From an uncultured delta proteobacterium (GTDB taxonomy: Bacteria; Myxococcota_A; Polyangia; Polyangiales; Polyangiaceae), in NCBI GenBank assembly GCA_963841435.1, contig CAWJCS010000003.1, positions 704,001 to 768,000 on the forward strand: DNA of 64,000 bases. The letters run 5' to 3'. The notes beneath the pieces are model-generated. The model searched no databases. It had not been told where the DNA came from and worked only from the letters and a program-made list of their open reading frames with translations. Every line of letters starts with the position of its first letter. Position 1 is the stretch's first letter. The position numbers and the translations under genes are program-made. Below, piece by piece: positions 40,862 through 50,308 of the stretch.

Positions 40862-42395
40862 GCCGCCGCGCTCGCCGCCGAAAGCCGGCCGCCGCGAGCG
40901 CGAGCGCCAGGGCGGTGGCCCAGCCGCTGCGGGCGCCGGCGGCGGGCACGGAGCACCCGCAGCCGCCTTCGGCCTTGCTCGTCGCGCCGGGCGCCTGTGT
41001 CGTCGGGCCGGACCCCGCCCCGCCGCCACCTACGCCGCCCGCGGACGCGCCCGCGGACGAGCCCGCGCCGCCGGTCACGCCGCCGCCTGCCGCGCCGGCC
41101 CCACCGCCGCGGCCGCCCGAAGCGCCCGCGCTGCCGCCGGAAGTCGACGTTGCCCCGCCCTCACCCGAGCTCTCGCCGCCCATGCCGGCGGTGGCCCCGC
41201 CGCTGCCGCCGCTGCCGCTCGCACAGATGGAGCCCGCGGGCCAGGGGAGCGGATCCGCTTGATAGGCGGCGATGCGCTCGCGAAGATCCTTCGCCGTGCC
41301 GCCAGCGGGGGAGGTGTCGGGTGGCGTCGACACCCCGAGCCCGCGAAAGTCGTCGGGAGTCGCGCCGCTTCCCTGGTGCTCCCACAGAATGCCGATGAGC
41401 CCTGCGCCGAGGAGCTGCTGGAGGGCGTCGCGTCCACCGTCCTCTGCGAAGAGGTGATAGTCCACCGGGCCGATCAGCACCTGCCAGAACAGCACGGGCA
41501 GGTGAGTGCCCGCGGACACGCTGGCCACCCAGTCCACGTTGGTTTGCAGGGCGACCGGATCCAGCGGCTCCCACCAGTTTTGTTCGTTGCTGAGCAGGTG
41601 CGGCTCTTCGGTGACGATGACGTCCCAATTGCCCACGCTGGAGTAAAAGGACGTGACGACATCGGGACGAGTGCCGGAGCGGAAGTTGGACGCGTGCCAA
41701 CCCAGGCGCACGTCCGGGGCGTATTTGTCCCGCAGGTAGACCAGCGCCTGTCCGAAGCCGCCGGCGTCGTCGGGAAAGGCCTGTCCCGCGAGATCGGGGT
41801 GACCAGACGAAACGACCTGCACGGGTAGCGTGCCCGCGTCCGTCCGACCCTCCACGCCCATGGCCCACAGCATGAAGCCCCAGGAGTCGGGCTCCACTTG
41901 CACCAGGGCGTCCGTCTGGGTCGAGGAGGCCGCCTGCACCACGGCGATGAAGCCGTCGTAGTAGTCGCGCATCAGGTCGGCGTCTTCCAGCGTTTGCTGT
42001 ACGATGTCGGCCTCGGCGACGTCGGCGTTCGGGCGCGCCGTGAGCCCGGCGCTCTGTCCACGCTTCAAGAGGTCATAGAACGTGAGGACCAGGTGGGCAC
42101 CGAGGCCCTTGGCGATCTGTCCTTTCAGCTGGATGAACGAGGTCATGTCCGCCGTCGGCGTCTGGCTGGGGAATACGTACACGTACAAGAACTGCCAGCT
42201 CACTCCATTGTCCCTGGCCATCTCCGGCCAGCCCTCGGCAGCCCCGTAGCTCGACACGCCCATGCCGAGTGAGCTCACGTCGCCGCACAGGTCGTGCGCG
42301 GGTGCCGCCAGCGCAGGGGCCGTTACCGCGGTCAGGGTCGCGAGCGTCGTTTCGGCGAGGAGCCGCGAGCAGCGCAACGTCGGAATACCCACCAC
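40779..42395 (-). CDS. MYXO-CTERM surface protein with putative glycoside-hydrolase-like domain
   Basis: WQFLYVY, VQVEPDSWGF, aromatic-rich domain, Gly linker, GCGCSV-TM-RRRARR tail; start uncertain. Confidence 0.6.
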   Translation of the reverse strand: MVGIPTLRCSRLLAETTLATLTAVTAPALAAPAHDLCGDVSSLGMGVSSYGAAEGWPEMARDNGVSWQFLYVYVFPSQTPTADMTSFIQLKGQIAKGLGAHLVLTFYDLLKRGQSAGLTARPNADVAEADIVQQTLEDADLMRDYYDGFIAVVQAASSTQTDALVQVEPDSWGFMLWAMGVEGRTDAGTLPVQVVSSGHPDLAGQAFPDDAGGFGQALVYLRDKYAPDVRLGWHASNFRSGTRPDVVTSFYSSVGNWDVIVTEEPHLLSNEQNWWEPLDPVALQTNVDWVASVSAGTHLPVLFWQVLIGPVDYHLFAEDGGRDALQQLLGAGLIGILWEHQGSGATPDDFRGLGVSTPPDTSPAGGTAKDLRERIAAYQADPLPWPAGSICASGSGGSGGATAGMGGESSGEGGATSTSGGSAGASGGRGGGAGAAGGGVTGGAGSSAGASAGGVGGGGAGSGPTTQAPGATSKAEGGCGCSVPAAGARSGWATALALALAAAGFRRRARRLRSPEPGASAPSAFRERACTPCGSCWR

Positions 42396-42449
42396 CGGAG
42401 GATGAGGCTTGCGCGCGGAGCTCGCAATGGTCGATGCTTCGAACGACGG

Positions 42450-42600
42450 GAAAGGAAGCTCGGGTGGCTCCTCATGCCGACGAGCCGCGCATCGTGGCCG
42501 AGGTCGTGCTGAGAGCGGCGACGGCGGAGCGACCAAAGGTTCGATACACAGCCGGTGGGGTCGCCGGCCGCCTGCGCTTCGCGATGCGACTCGCGACGTA
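42450..42600 (+). pseudogene. Short-chain dehydrogenase C-terminal relic
   Basis: ADEPRIVAEVVLRAATAERPKVRYTAGGVAGRLRF. Confidence 0.5.
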
Positions 42601-42694
42601 GCCGTCTTGCATTCCGGAACGACAATCACGGGGACGCGCAAGCCCGCTCGAATCCCCTGGTGCGAGCGCGGCGGGTCGGTTCTCGTTTATGCTC

Positions 42695-44020
42695 ATGAGC
42701 ATGACCTGGCACCGAACCACGTTCATGACTTGCGGGCTCCTATCTCTGCTGGCGTGCAGCGAGACGGGGTCGCCCTCGTCAACTCCGGCCGGCGCCGGCC
42801 GTGCTGGAAGCGCAGCGAGCGGGGCCGGGGTCGGGGCCGCGGGGGACCGGGGAGGGTCGAGCACCGGGGGGCAGTCGAACGGCGGGCGCGAGACGGGAGG
42901 GAGCGCCGGCTCGTCGATGGGCGGCGAGTCGGCGAGCGCCGGCGAGGGGGGCATGAACCCGAGCGGTGGAGCGGGCGGCGAGCGGCCCCCCGCCAACGGC
43001 ACGCCCGGCGTGTGGGAGAACGTGACTTCCCCGGTGATGGACGCGTCGATGTTCGTCGCGGGCGAGTACGGCGCGGGAAACGTCGTCACGGACCCGGCGC
43101 GACCCACGGACATGTATTTGGGCGGCTACGGTGCCATCTACAAGTCCGACGACTACGGCTTGAACTGGCAAAAACTCGACCCGGACCCGAACCCGCCGTC
43201 GCTCGCCTTGGGTCACGTGCTCGCCGTCGCCGGCACCACCCCGGCGACCATGTGGATGGCGAGCTTCAACGGCGAAAAGCACGTCTACCGCTCGCGCGAC
43301 GCCGGCAAGACCTTCACCCTGACGGGTGACATCCCGGAACGACCCGACGCACAAAGTCTGTACTCGATCGTGGTCGATCCCTACGACGCCGATCACCTCA
43401 TCAGCGGTCTCCACGAGGAAGACGAGGTGCTCGAGTCGGTGGACGCCGGCGACACCTGGCACTTCGTCTCGGGCAGCGGCTGGCCGAGCGGTGGGAAGTC
43501 GTGGTTTCCGTTCTTCGTCGACACGGGCGACGCGGCGACCACCGCCCAGACTTGGTTCGCGATTGCCCAAGATGGGGCCTCGGCGGTCATGACCAGCGAC
43601 GGCGGCCAGCACTGGGGAAAGCCCAAGGGCATCGAAGATCTCGAGCATCCGCATGGAAACTCGCAGCTCTTCCAGAACGGAAGAACGCTGTTCGTCGCCG
43701 GCATCAACGGTCCTGGAACGGGCGTCTATCGCAGCAAGGACCTCGGAGCCAACTGGGAGCGCGTGGCCGACGGCAGCGGTGCGTTGGTCTGGGGCTCCGA
43801 CAAGAACGTCTACGCGATGTGGGGGTGGGCGTGCAGCGCGTGCGACGACGGGGCGCAATTCCAAATGGCCCCGCAGCCCGGCGACGACTGGACCAGCCCC
43901 AACGTCCCAGCAGAGCTCAATTGGGGTCCCAACAGCGTGGCCGCCTCTTCGGACGGCGTTCACGCCGTCTTCGTCGGCTCGATGTGGACGAACGGCGTCT
44001 GGCGCTACGTGGAGCCGTAG
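42695..44020 (+). CDS. BNR/Asp-box beta-propeller lipoprotein (sialidase/GH74-like fold)
   Basis: Lipobox LLAC; repeated Y-x-S-x-D-x-G-x-x-W Asp boxes (KSDDYGLNW, ESVDAGDTW, RSKDLGANW). Confidence 0.8.
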   Translation: MSMTWHRTTFMTCGLLSLLACSETGSPSSTPAGAGRAGSAASGAGVGAAGDRGGSSTGGQSNGGRETGGSAGSSMGGESASAGEGGMNPSGGAGGERPPANGTPGVWENVTSPVMDASMFVAGEYGAGNVVTDPARPTDMYLGGYGAIYKSDDYGLNWQKLDPDPNPPSLALGHVLAVAGTTPATMWMASFNGEKHVYRSRDAGKTFTLTGDIPERPDAQSLYSIVVDPYDADHLISGLHEEDEVLESVDAGDTWHFVSGSGWPSGGKSWFPFFVDTGDAATTAQTWFAIAQDGASAVMTSDGGQHWGKPKGIEDLEHPHGNSQLFQNGRTLFVAGINGPGTGVYRSKDLGANWERVADGSGALVWGSDKNVYAMWGWACSACDDGAQFQMAPQPGDDWTSPNVPAELNWGPNSVAASSDGVHAVFVGSMWTNGVWRYVEP

Positions 44021-44241
44021 GCTGTGGAGTCGGCGCCGCTGCTGCAGAACTCGCCAAGCTCGGGCACGACGTGAGCATGGACACGGTCGCCGTTCCCGCG
44101 AGCCCATCTCGCTTCCCCGGCATCGAGGCCGAGCAAGGCTGTAGCCCCGCCCAGCCTGCGTGAGAGTTCAAAGGTCGGGGCTCCGAGCTTCGACCTTCCG
44201 GTTATGGGGGCGAAGCGAGCAGGCGGGAACGAGATCGAGGC

Positions 44242-44571
44242 TCAGTTACAGGTGGCTTGTTCATCATTACCTTGGCAAAGCAGGCCGCAAGAGAGTCCGA
44301 GGCGTTCGAGAATCGCGTCGACCTCACACTGGGGGAGCATGGGATTGCTGGAGAACGACGCGTACTGCACCGACATCAAGGACGGCAGGCCGTGCACCGT
44401 GGCCAGGTTCTCGTTGCCGACGAAGGCAATCGAGTAGCCGACAGTCTCGAGCGCATCGAGGTCCACCTCGGTGACGCCCGGGCATCCGTAGACGGAGAGT
44501 TGGTTGACCGTCCTCAGTGCCGGCAGCCGGATACTGATCGAGTCGGGCGTCGCCCTGAGCCTTGGTGCCAC
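44242..44571 (-). pseudogene. Receptor-L-domain-like protein C-terminal fragment
   Basis: LPALRTV, LDALETVG, IAFVGNENL, SNPMLPQCEV; no convincing N-terminus. Confidence 0.5.
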
Positions 44572-44992
44572 TGGACATGCCGTGTTCGGGACGGAGTTCG
44601 AGCCGTCGGCGCCCGCTTATGCCATTTGTGGCATCTGCGATCCGCTTCCGAGGCGAGGCTACTCAAGGCGTTCGCATTGCCCGCGGCGATGGGGCGGCGT
44701 GTAATGGGGTTCTCATGACATGCACGCGGGGCCGCAGCCGTGCTTGCTACGTTCCGTTGGGAACGAGCACGCGGCTCATGGCGTTCTGCGCCGTTCTCGT
44801 GGCGCTAGAGACGGGATGTACTGCTGGCGGGCGCGCCGACGAGTCAGCAAAGGTGCCCAGTCACTGCTGCCTGGACTTGAGTTGGATGAATGCCGGGACC
44901 TCGCCAAGGACAGTGTCCGCGGTGGCTCGAACGCTGACAACTGCTACGACCGATGGCTTTTCTTTCCTCGCTTCCAAGCGGCGGCAGGGGAA

Positions 44993-45164
44993 CCCTCCGG
45001 AGCTACTTCAAGGGCGGCACCGTCACGATGATCCCGGAGCCTCACGGCGACGGCCAGGCCTAAGTGGCGCGCGGCGAGTTCATGCCCCTCGCCCTTCTGA
45101 CCGCCGATGCAGCAACGCCCTCCGAGCTCGAGCTGGGAGGGCGTTGTCCACGTGTAGTTGCGCG
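44993..45164 (+). pseudogene. Large serine recombinase C-terminal relic with att-like core
   Basis: LRSYFKGGTVTMIPEPHGDGQA*VARGEFMPLALL is homologous to 50689-50853; hairpin ACGCCCTCC..GGAGGGCGT; ends in GTAGTTGCGCG, matching the tRNA 3' end. Confidence 0.7.
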
Positions 45165-45257
45165 AGGGCGATACGACCGCTGTACCACGGCGTTTCCTGC
45201 TGGATTCGGGGCGCTCTTGGCCCGCGGTCGGCGCACGTCTGCTAGGCTTCTGTACCA

Positions 45258-45536
45258 GTGGACCCGGCGTCTCCCAGGCTCGATCGACGAGCGGCGTTCT
45301 TTCGATGGCGGAACGGTCAGGCGGCCGCAGCTCGCCGGCAGCAGGAGCTGGTCATCGCGGAAGGAGCGCGGCCCCTGACTTCCGTCGGCGAATCGCGCTC
45401 GGCGGCAAACGCCATGGAGCAGAGCTCGGGGTGGCCGACGGGCCGCGATCCGGTATCCGAGCACGCCATCGAGCTCGTTCGCCGTCGCTGGGCACGAGTA
45501 CAGCAGCGTGCGAAACGTGCCTCGCAAGACCGGTGA
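45258..45536 (+). CDS. Small hypothetical protein overlapping the nucleotidyltransferase (putative antitoxin)
   Basis: 92-aa ORF whose 3' end overlaps the NTase start; same layout as 16585-17146. Confidence 0.5.
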   Translation: MDPASPRLDRRAAFFRWRNGQAAAARRQQELVIAEGARPLTSVGESRSAANAMEQSSGWPTGRDPVSEHAIELVRRRWARVQQRAKRASQDR

Positions 45537-46188
45537 ACAACGTCTCGACGACGCGCTGAACGCGTTGGCTGCCGGCCTGAAGAGCGCGGCGGGCGCGTGG
45601 ATGATCATCGGTGGCGTCGCCGTCATTGCTCGCGGAGTGCGGCGCATGACGACGGATATCGACATCGTCGTGCGCGGAGATGCAGTCAACCTCTCGAAGC
45701 TTCTCCGCATCCTCGCGCGACACGGCGTCAGGCCTCGGATCGAGGAAGCCGAAGCTTTCGCGGAGAAGAACCTGGTGCTGCTGCTGCGACACCTGCCGAG
45801 TGGGGTGGACCTGGATCTGTCTCTCGGTTGGACCGACTTCGAACGCGACGCCATCTCCTCGAGCACCCGCGTCGCCTACGGACGCGCGTCGTATCCGATG
45901 GCTCGCGCAGAGGACCTCGTCGTGTTCAAGGCACTGGCCGCTCGACCCAAGGACATCGAGGACGCCGCCGCATTGCTCCTCATGCATCCCGCCATCGATC
46001 TCGGCGGAGTGCGGCGGCGGCTCGCGGAGCTCGCCGAGCTCGCGCAAGAACCGTCGTTAGTCGAGGGGCTCGAGCAAATCATCGCCCGAACCCGCGCCGT
46101 TCGCAGGGCGTCGAGCAAGCAACGCTCCGCAACCCAGTCGCCAGCGAAAAAGCGCAAGCAGACCAAGCGGCGCGTGTCGCGCAAATAG
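45517..46188 (+). CDS. Nucleotidyltransferase (DUF6036/AbiEii-like)
   Basis: MIIGGVAVIARG..RMTTDIDIVV, DLDLS, EDLVVFKALAARPKDIEDA. Confidence 0.8.
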   Translation: MPRKTGEQRLDDALNALAAGLKSAAGAWMIIGGVAVIARGVRRMTTDIDIVVRGDAVNLSKLLRILARHGVRPRIEEAEAFAEKNLVLLLRHLPSGVDLDLSLGWTDFERDAISSSTRVAYGRASYPMARAEDLVVFKALAARPKDIEDAAALLLMHPAIDLGGVRRRLAELAELAQEPSLVEGLEQIIARTRAVRRASSKQRSATQSPAKKRKQTKRRVSRK

Positions 46189-46666
46189 CCACGGACCGAA
46201 GCCGAAGGGGTCGCCGTACGCGGACGCCACCCCGGAAGAGAGGCTCGCCGCGGCCTCCGCCTCATCGAGCACCACCAGGCACTTCGTGGTGAGTCTTCGA
46301 CGCTTCCGCGGTCGGCGTGGCCGGGCGAAACGTTTCGTCGTCGGTGAGGCGCTTGGCGAAGCTTCCTCAGGAAGCCGCGCGCAGCCCATCGGGCGAGCAC
46401 GGCGAGTGGGGGCGGCGCTGTTCGCCTACCAGGGAGGTAGGCTCGAATAGCTGAGCGGCGCCGCCAGTCCCGAGTCGGCTTACGACGGCGTCGTCCGCTG
46501 CGGCGCGCGCTCGGCGGAAAACTCCGATGACGACGGAGCGTGTATTCACTGCACAAGCGCAGGGGCCGGCGACAGTACGGGTGATGGTTCCCTCGAGCGT
46601 GACGAGCCGCGAGGTCGTACGCCACGGGGGAGCTCAACCTCGGATCACTTTCTCGGAGACTGAAGC

Positions 46667-48214
46667 ATGTCCAGAACAGGCGTCCTGCTGTCGATCGCGC
46701 TATCCGTCGCTACGACACGTGCCTCGGCGACGACCAATCAGTTTCGGGGCGTGAACTGGGCCGACTCGAGAGACAATTTCCAGTCTGGCGTTCTCTACGT
46801 TTCGGGGCTCTCCTCATCCGACACCTACGATTCGGCCTTGGCGACGGGAACCAGCGTAATGACGCAGTTCGTGTCGAAGCTCGACGCGAACGCCGTCCGA
46901 ATGCCGATCAACGAGGCGACCGTCTCGGGATACTGGGGCACGTACACGGGTGCGATCGATGCCGTGCTTTCCAAGGGCAGTGTCGTCCTGTGCTACTGGG
47001 ACAGCGCCAAGAGTAACAAGCCAGCAGACATGAACGCATTTTGGAACATGTGGAAGACGGTAGTGAACGAGTACGGCGCCAACAGCAACGCCTACTTCGA
47101 AGTCTTCAATGAACCGAATATGTACAGCACGACCGACCTCATCTCGCTTTACAGCAGCTGGCTCACGCAATTTCCCACCGTTCCGAAGAGCAGGGTCATC
47201 CTCGATGGGACCGGCAATGCCCAGAATGTTCCCAACATCGGCTCGGCCAGCGCGCTCGACGGTTGCCTCCTGGCCGTGCACGATTACAGCTTTTTTGGCT
47301 CCGACACTTGGTCCAGCGAGTCTCAATGGGTAAGCCAGTTTCAGGGTGAGGTCGGCAGTTACGCCGACCGCACCGTGTGCACGGAATGGGGCGGACCGAT
47401 GAGCCCCGGCAGCAAGAACGGGGTCAGCTACGGCTCCCTCGACTACAGCAAATCTCCGACGAATTACTTCGAGGCTTACATCCGCGGCATGAGTAGCCAG
47501 CTGCGCGCCTGGAAGATGGGAAGCTTCTACTGGGTTGGTCTGAAGGACGGAGACTGGTACAGCATGACCACTCGGAGCGGAACCGGCTCGAGTCTGGTTC
47601 TTTCCGTTCCGAACCAGTCGGGTCTTTTACAGTTGCAGAATGCGTGGACCGGCCCGGCCGCCGCAGGCGCCGGGGGCGGCGCGGGGAGCAGCGGTGAGGG
47701 CACCGGCGGCGCGGGCAGCGGCGGTATGGCCAATGGCGGCCGTAATGGCCAGGCCGGAGGGGCTGGTGGCGCGACTGCAGCCGGCGCAGCCGGGATCGGT
47801 GGCGCGATGCTCGGCACCGGAGGCGCCGGCGGATTGCCGAGCGTGACCTCCGGTGGTCAGGGCGGCTCGATGGTGAACACAGGCGGCGCGAGCGGCGGCG
47901 CTGGACAAACGACCGGCGCGGCGGGCGGGACCGGCGACGCGGGCGCCTCCACGGGTGGCAGCCACGGCAGCTTGGGCGGCACCGGTGGTCCGGCCCCCGC
48001 AAGCGGCGGAACAGGTGCGGGCGGCTCCGGAGTGGGCGGCAGCTCTTCACCAATGGATATCACCAGGGACTCGAGTCCGGGTTGCGCGTGCACAACGATC
48101 GGAGCCCGTCGCGAGCACGCCTGGGGGCTGGCTCTCTTGATGTTCGTGGCATTTGGCGCGGCGAGACGACGAGAGTCACGTCAGGCGCGGCCGACGACTT
48201 ACCGCGGCGATTGA
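46667..48214 (+). CDS. GH5 glycoside hydrolase with Gly linker and MYXO-CTERM-like tail
   Basis: FRGVNWAD, AVRMPIN, FEVFNEP (acid/base), AVHDY, CTEWG (nucleophile); GCAC..TM..RRRE tail. Confidence 0.88.
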   Translation: MSRTGVLLSIALSVATTRASATTNQFRGVNWADSRDNFQSGVLYVSGLSSSDTYDSALATGTSVMTQFVSKLDANAVRMPINEATVSGYWGTYTGAIDAVLSKGSVVLCYWDSAKSNKPADMNAFWNMWKTVVNEYGANSNAYFEVFNEPNMYSTTDLISLYSSWLTQFPTVPKSRVILDGTGNAQNVPNIGSASALDGCLLAVHDYSFFGSDTWSSESQWVSQFQGEVGSYADRTVCTEWGGPMSPGSKNGVSYGSLDYSKSPTNYFEAYIRGMSSQLRAWKMGSFYWVGLKDGDWYSMTTRSGTGSSLVLSVPNQSGLLQLQNAWTGPAAAGAGGGAGSSGEGTGGAGSGGMANGGRNGQAGGAGGATAAGAAGIGGAMLGTGGAGGLPSVTSGGQGGSMVNTGGASGGAGQTTGAAGGTGDAGASTGGSHGSLGGTGGPAPASGGTGAGGSGVGGSSSPMDITRDSSPGCACTTIGARREHAWGLALLMFVAFGAARRRESRQARPTTYRGD

Positions 48215-48293
48215 CGTGACCTCTTCCCGCTCGAGGTGTGGGACGGGCAACAGAAGGCGAGCGAGGAGATCGACATCGTCGAGCTGGCCCCGA

Positions 48294-48395
48294 CCGAAGA
48301 CCAAGAAGCACGGCGTTGACAACAAGCGCGTCGGGCTCCCCGAGATCCACGTCCGTTTCCTGAAGGAGTACCGGCTGTCCAAGGGCAAGCCACCA
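48294..48395 (+). pseudogene. Possible tyrosine integrase relic
   Basis: PKTKKHGVDNKRVGLPEIHVRFLKEYR fits the PKT...R.V.LP...LKEY patch of phage integrases; abuts the att-linked repeat. Confidence 0.4.
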
Positions 48396-48554
48396 AGCCC
48401 CGCGTTAGCGGGGCTTAGTAGTTGCGCGGGGAGGATTTGCTCCGGCGCACCGATGCTGCTCGTTGATTCGCTTCGCGCGACCCCGAGCAACCTCGGTTCC
48501 ACGTTAGGACTAAAATCCTCCCCACAAAACCAAGCCCCGCGTTAGCGGGGCTTA
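48393..48554 (-). repeat. tRNA-linked 137-bp structured repeat unit (48418-48554) plus extra terminator hairpin
   Basis: Near-identical to the units at 50843-51114; hairpin AAGCCCCGC-GTTA-GCGGGGCTT occurs twice. Confidence 0.9.
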
Positions 48555-48557
48555 GTA

Positions 48558-48600
48558 GTTGCGCGGGGAGGATTTGAACCTCCGACCTTCGGGTTATGAG
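48558..48600 (-). mobile_element. attR-like 43-bp duplication of the tRNA-fMet 3' half
   Basis: Identical to 51118-51160; identity stops exactly at the edge of the 7-nt anticodon loop. Confidence 0.88.
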
Positions 48601-48664
48601 GAGGCGGCGACTAGCTTGCTCGGCTTGGTGTGCTTGCAGAACGCGACGATAGCGCGCGGCGATG

Positions 48665-50164
48665 CTACCAGATGCGGAAGTTGCCGCTGACGTGGAGCAT
48701 GCCGAGCATGTAGAGCACCCCGTCCCAGTAGTTGTGGGAGGGGACGCCGGTCGACCAGAGCTTGTCGACGAAGGCTTTGCCCGAGGATGACGGCAAGGCG
48801 AAGCCCAGGGTGGAGTTGCACCCCACCGCTGCGCCGCCGTTGTTACGGGAGCTCGAGTAGGCGCCGAACTTGGGCGCATACGTGTCTTTCTGCCAGGGAT
48901 CTTTGCCGAACAGATACCAGTCCATCATGAGGTTGACGACGCATCGGGTCGAATCGGCATTGGCGCCTTGCGGGTTTGTGGCCGTGAAGCTCGCTTGGTA
49001 GGGACAGACGCCGTTGCTGTCCACCACCTTCTGCATGTAGGCGCGGCCCGCGGTCGCAGATTCCTTCCAGAAGTCCGCGTTCGCGGTGTCGAAGCAGGCC
49101 CACACCTCGTAGAAGGCCGGCAGGACGTACGAAGGATCCACGTTGTTCGAGCTGGAGACGAACTTGACCAGGTGGTATTGCGAGTTGAAGTACTTGGTCC
49201 GTATCACGTCGAGAACCCACTGGGCCTCGGTCGAGTAAGCGATCTTGGCGGTGCCGGTCGAGTCGCCCCAGCGGTGCGCGGCGAAGATGAGGGCGGTCGC
49301 GAAGTACTCCTCGCCGTCCGGCGCTCCACCGCCGGCGCACCCAGAGCCCGAGGTCTGGCACCGCCATCGAATCTCGCCGGTGCCTTGCGCCATGTGGTTC
49401 TTGACCCAGCTCCAGAGACGGTCGAACTCGGTCTGATGGTCGAGCTGAACCGCGACCATCATGCCGTAGGACATGCCTTCGGAGCGCACATCATTGTTGT
49501 AGATGTCCTGGACATACGATTCGTTAGCGCCGGGCCCGTTGAAGTAGATGGTCCCCGAGCCGCTGGGGTTGAAGAGCGAGGACCAGGCGCTGCTGACCTT
49601 CTGGTCGCTCTCCGCCTGGGTGTGACCGGAGACGGTGACGAAGAGATTGGCGTAGCTTGCGGGCGGCGTGCATTCGCCGCCGCTGCCGCCGCTGCCGCCG
49701 CTGCCGCCGCTGCCACCGCTACCGCCGCTGCCGGCGCCACCGGCGCCGGAGCCGCCGTCCGCGCGGCCACCCGAGCCCGCGCCTCCTGCGCCGCCGTTGG
49801 CACCACCCCCGCTTCCGCCCGCGCCGGCTTCGCCCGCGCGCCCGCCCGTGGCAGCGCCACCCGCGACGCCTCCCGCGCCTGCCGTCTGGGACGTCCCCCC
49901 CGAGCCCCCCTGGACCGACGAGCTCCCACCGGTCCCAGCGATCGTGCCACCCGTCCCCGCGCCTACGCCGCCCGTCCCAGCATTCGTGCCGCCGGCTCCG
50001 CTAACGCCGCCCGTCCCGGAGGATGTCGCGCCTGCCTCGGGCAATCCATCTCCACCCCGGCCCCCTGATCCACTTGGACCCAGCTCGCCGCCACTAGTTG
50101 AATCGCAACCCACCAGAAGGACAGCCAACGAAAGAATGGACAAACGAGATGAAACAGTGCGCAA
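48665..50164 (-). CDS. GH8 glycoside hydrolase (xylanase/Rex-like) lipoprotein
   Basis: Lipobox LVGC; DVRSEGMSYGMM, FDRLWSW, APDGEEYFATAL, DPSYVLPAFY, LHVSGNFRIW. Confidence 0.9.
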   Translation of the reverse strand: MRTVSSRLSILSLAVLLVGCDSTSGGELGPSGSGGRGGDGLPEAGATSSGTGGVSGAGGTNAGTGGVGAGTGGTIAGTGGSSSVQGGSGGTSQTAGAGGVAGGAATGGRAGEAGAGGSGGGANGGAGGAGSGGRADGGSGAGGAGSGGSGGSGGSGGSGGSGGECTPPASYANLFVTVSGHTQAESDQKVSSAWSSLFNPSGSGTIYFNGPGANESYVQDIYNNDVRSEGMSYGMMVAVQLDHQTEFDRLWSWVKNHMAQGTGEIRWRCQTSGSGCAGGGAPDGEEYFATALIFAAHRWGDSTGTAKIAYSTEAQWVLDVIRTKYFNSQYHLVKFVSSSNNVDPSYVLPAFYEVWACFDTANADFWKESATAGRAYMQKVVDSNGVCPYQASFTATNPQGANADSTRCVVNLMMDWYLFGKDPWQKDTYAPKFGAYSSSRNNGGAAVGCNSTLGFALPSSSGKAFVDKLWSTGVPSHNYWDGVLYMLGMLHVSGNFRIW

Positions 50165-50308
50165 GGCGAGACTCCTTCCCCAATATAGCAGTTGCCTCGA
50201 ACGAGAGCTGCTGGTTCAATTTTCTTCTATTTCCGTCCGCCTAGCGCACCGGGAGTGAGATGCGATCAAGCATTCGCCGGTGGCTACGGCGGGAACATCG
50301 GGGCGTCG

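Noticed and set aside
46320-46380. Paired small palindromes (CGAAACGTTTCG, GCTTCCTCAGGAAGC) as an ncRNA
   Set aside because: Short stems are expected by chance at this GC content; no recognisable family motif or second copy.
48556-48600. Second tRNA-Met gene
   Set aside because: Only the 3' half is present; there is no D-arm or acceptor 5' strand. It is an att remnant.
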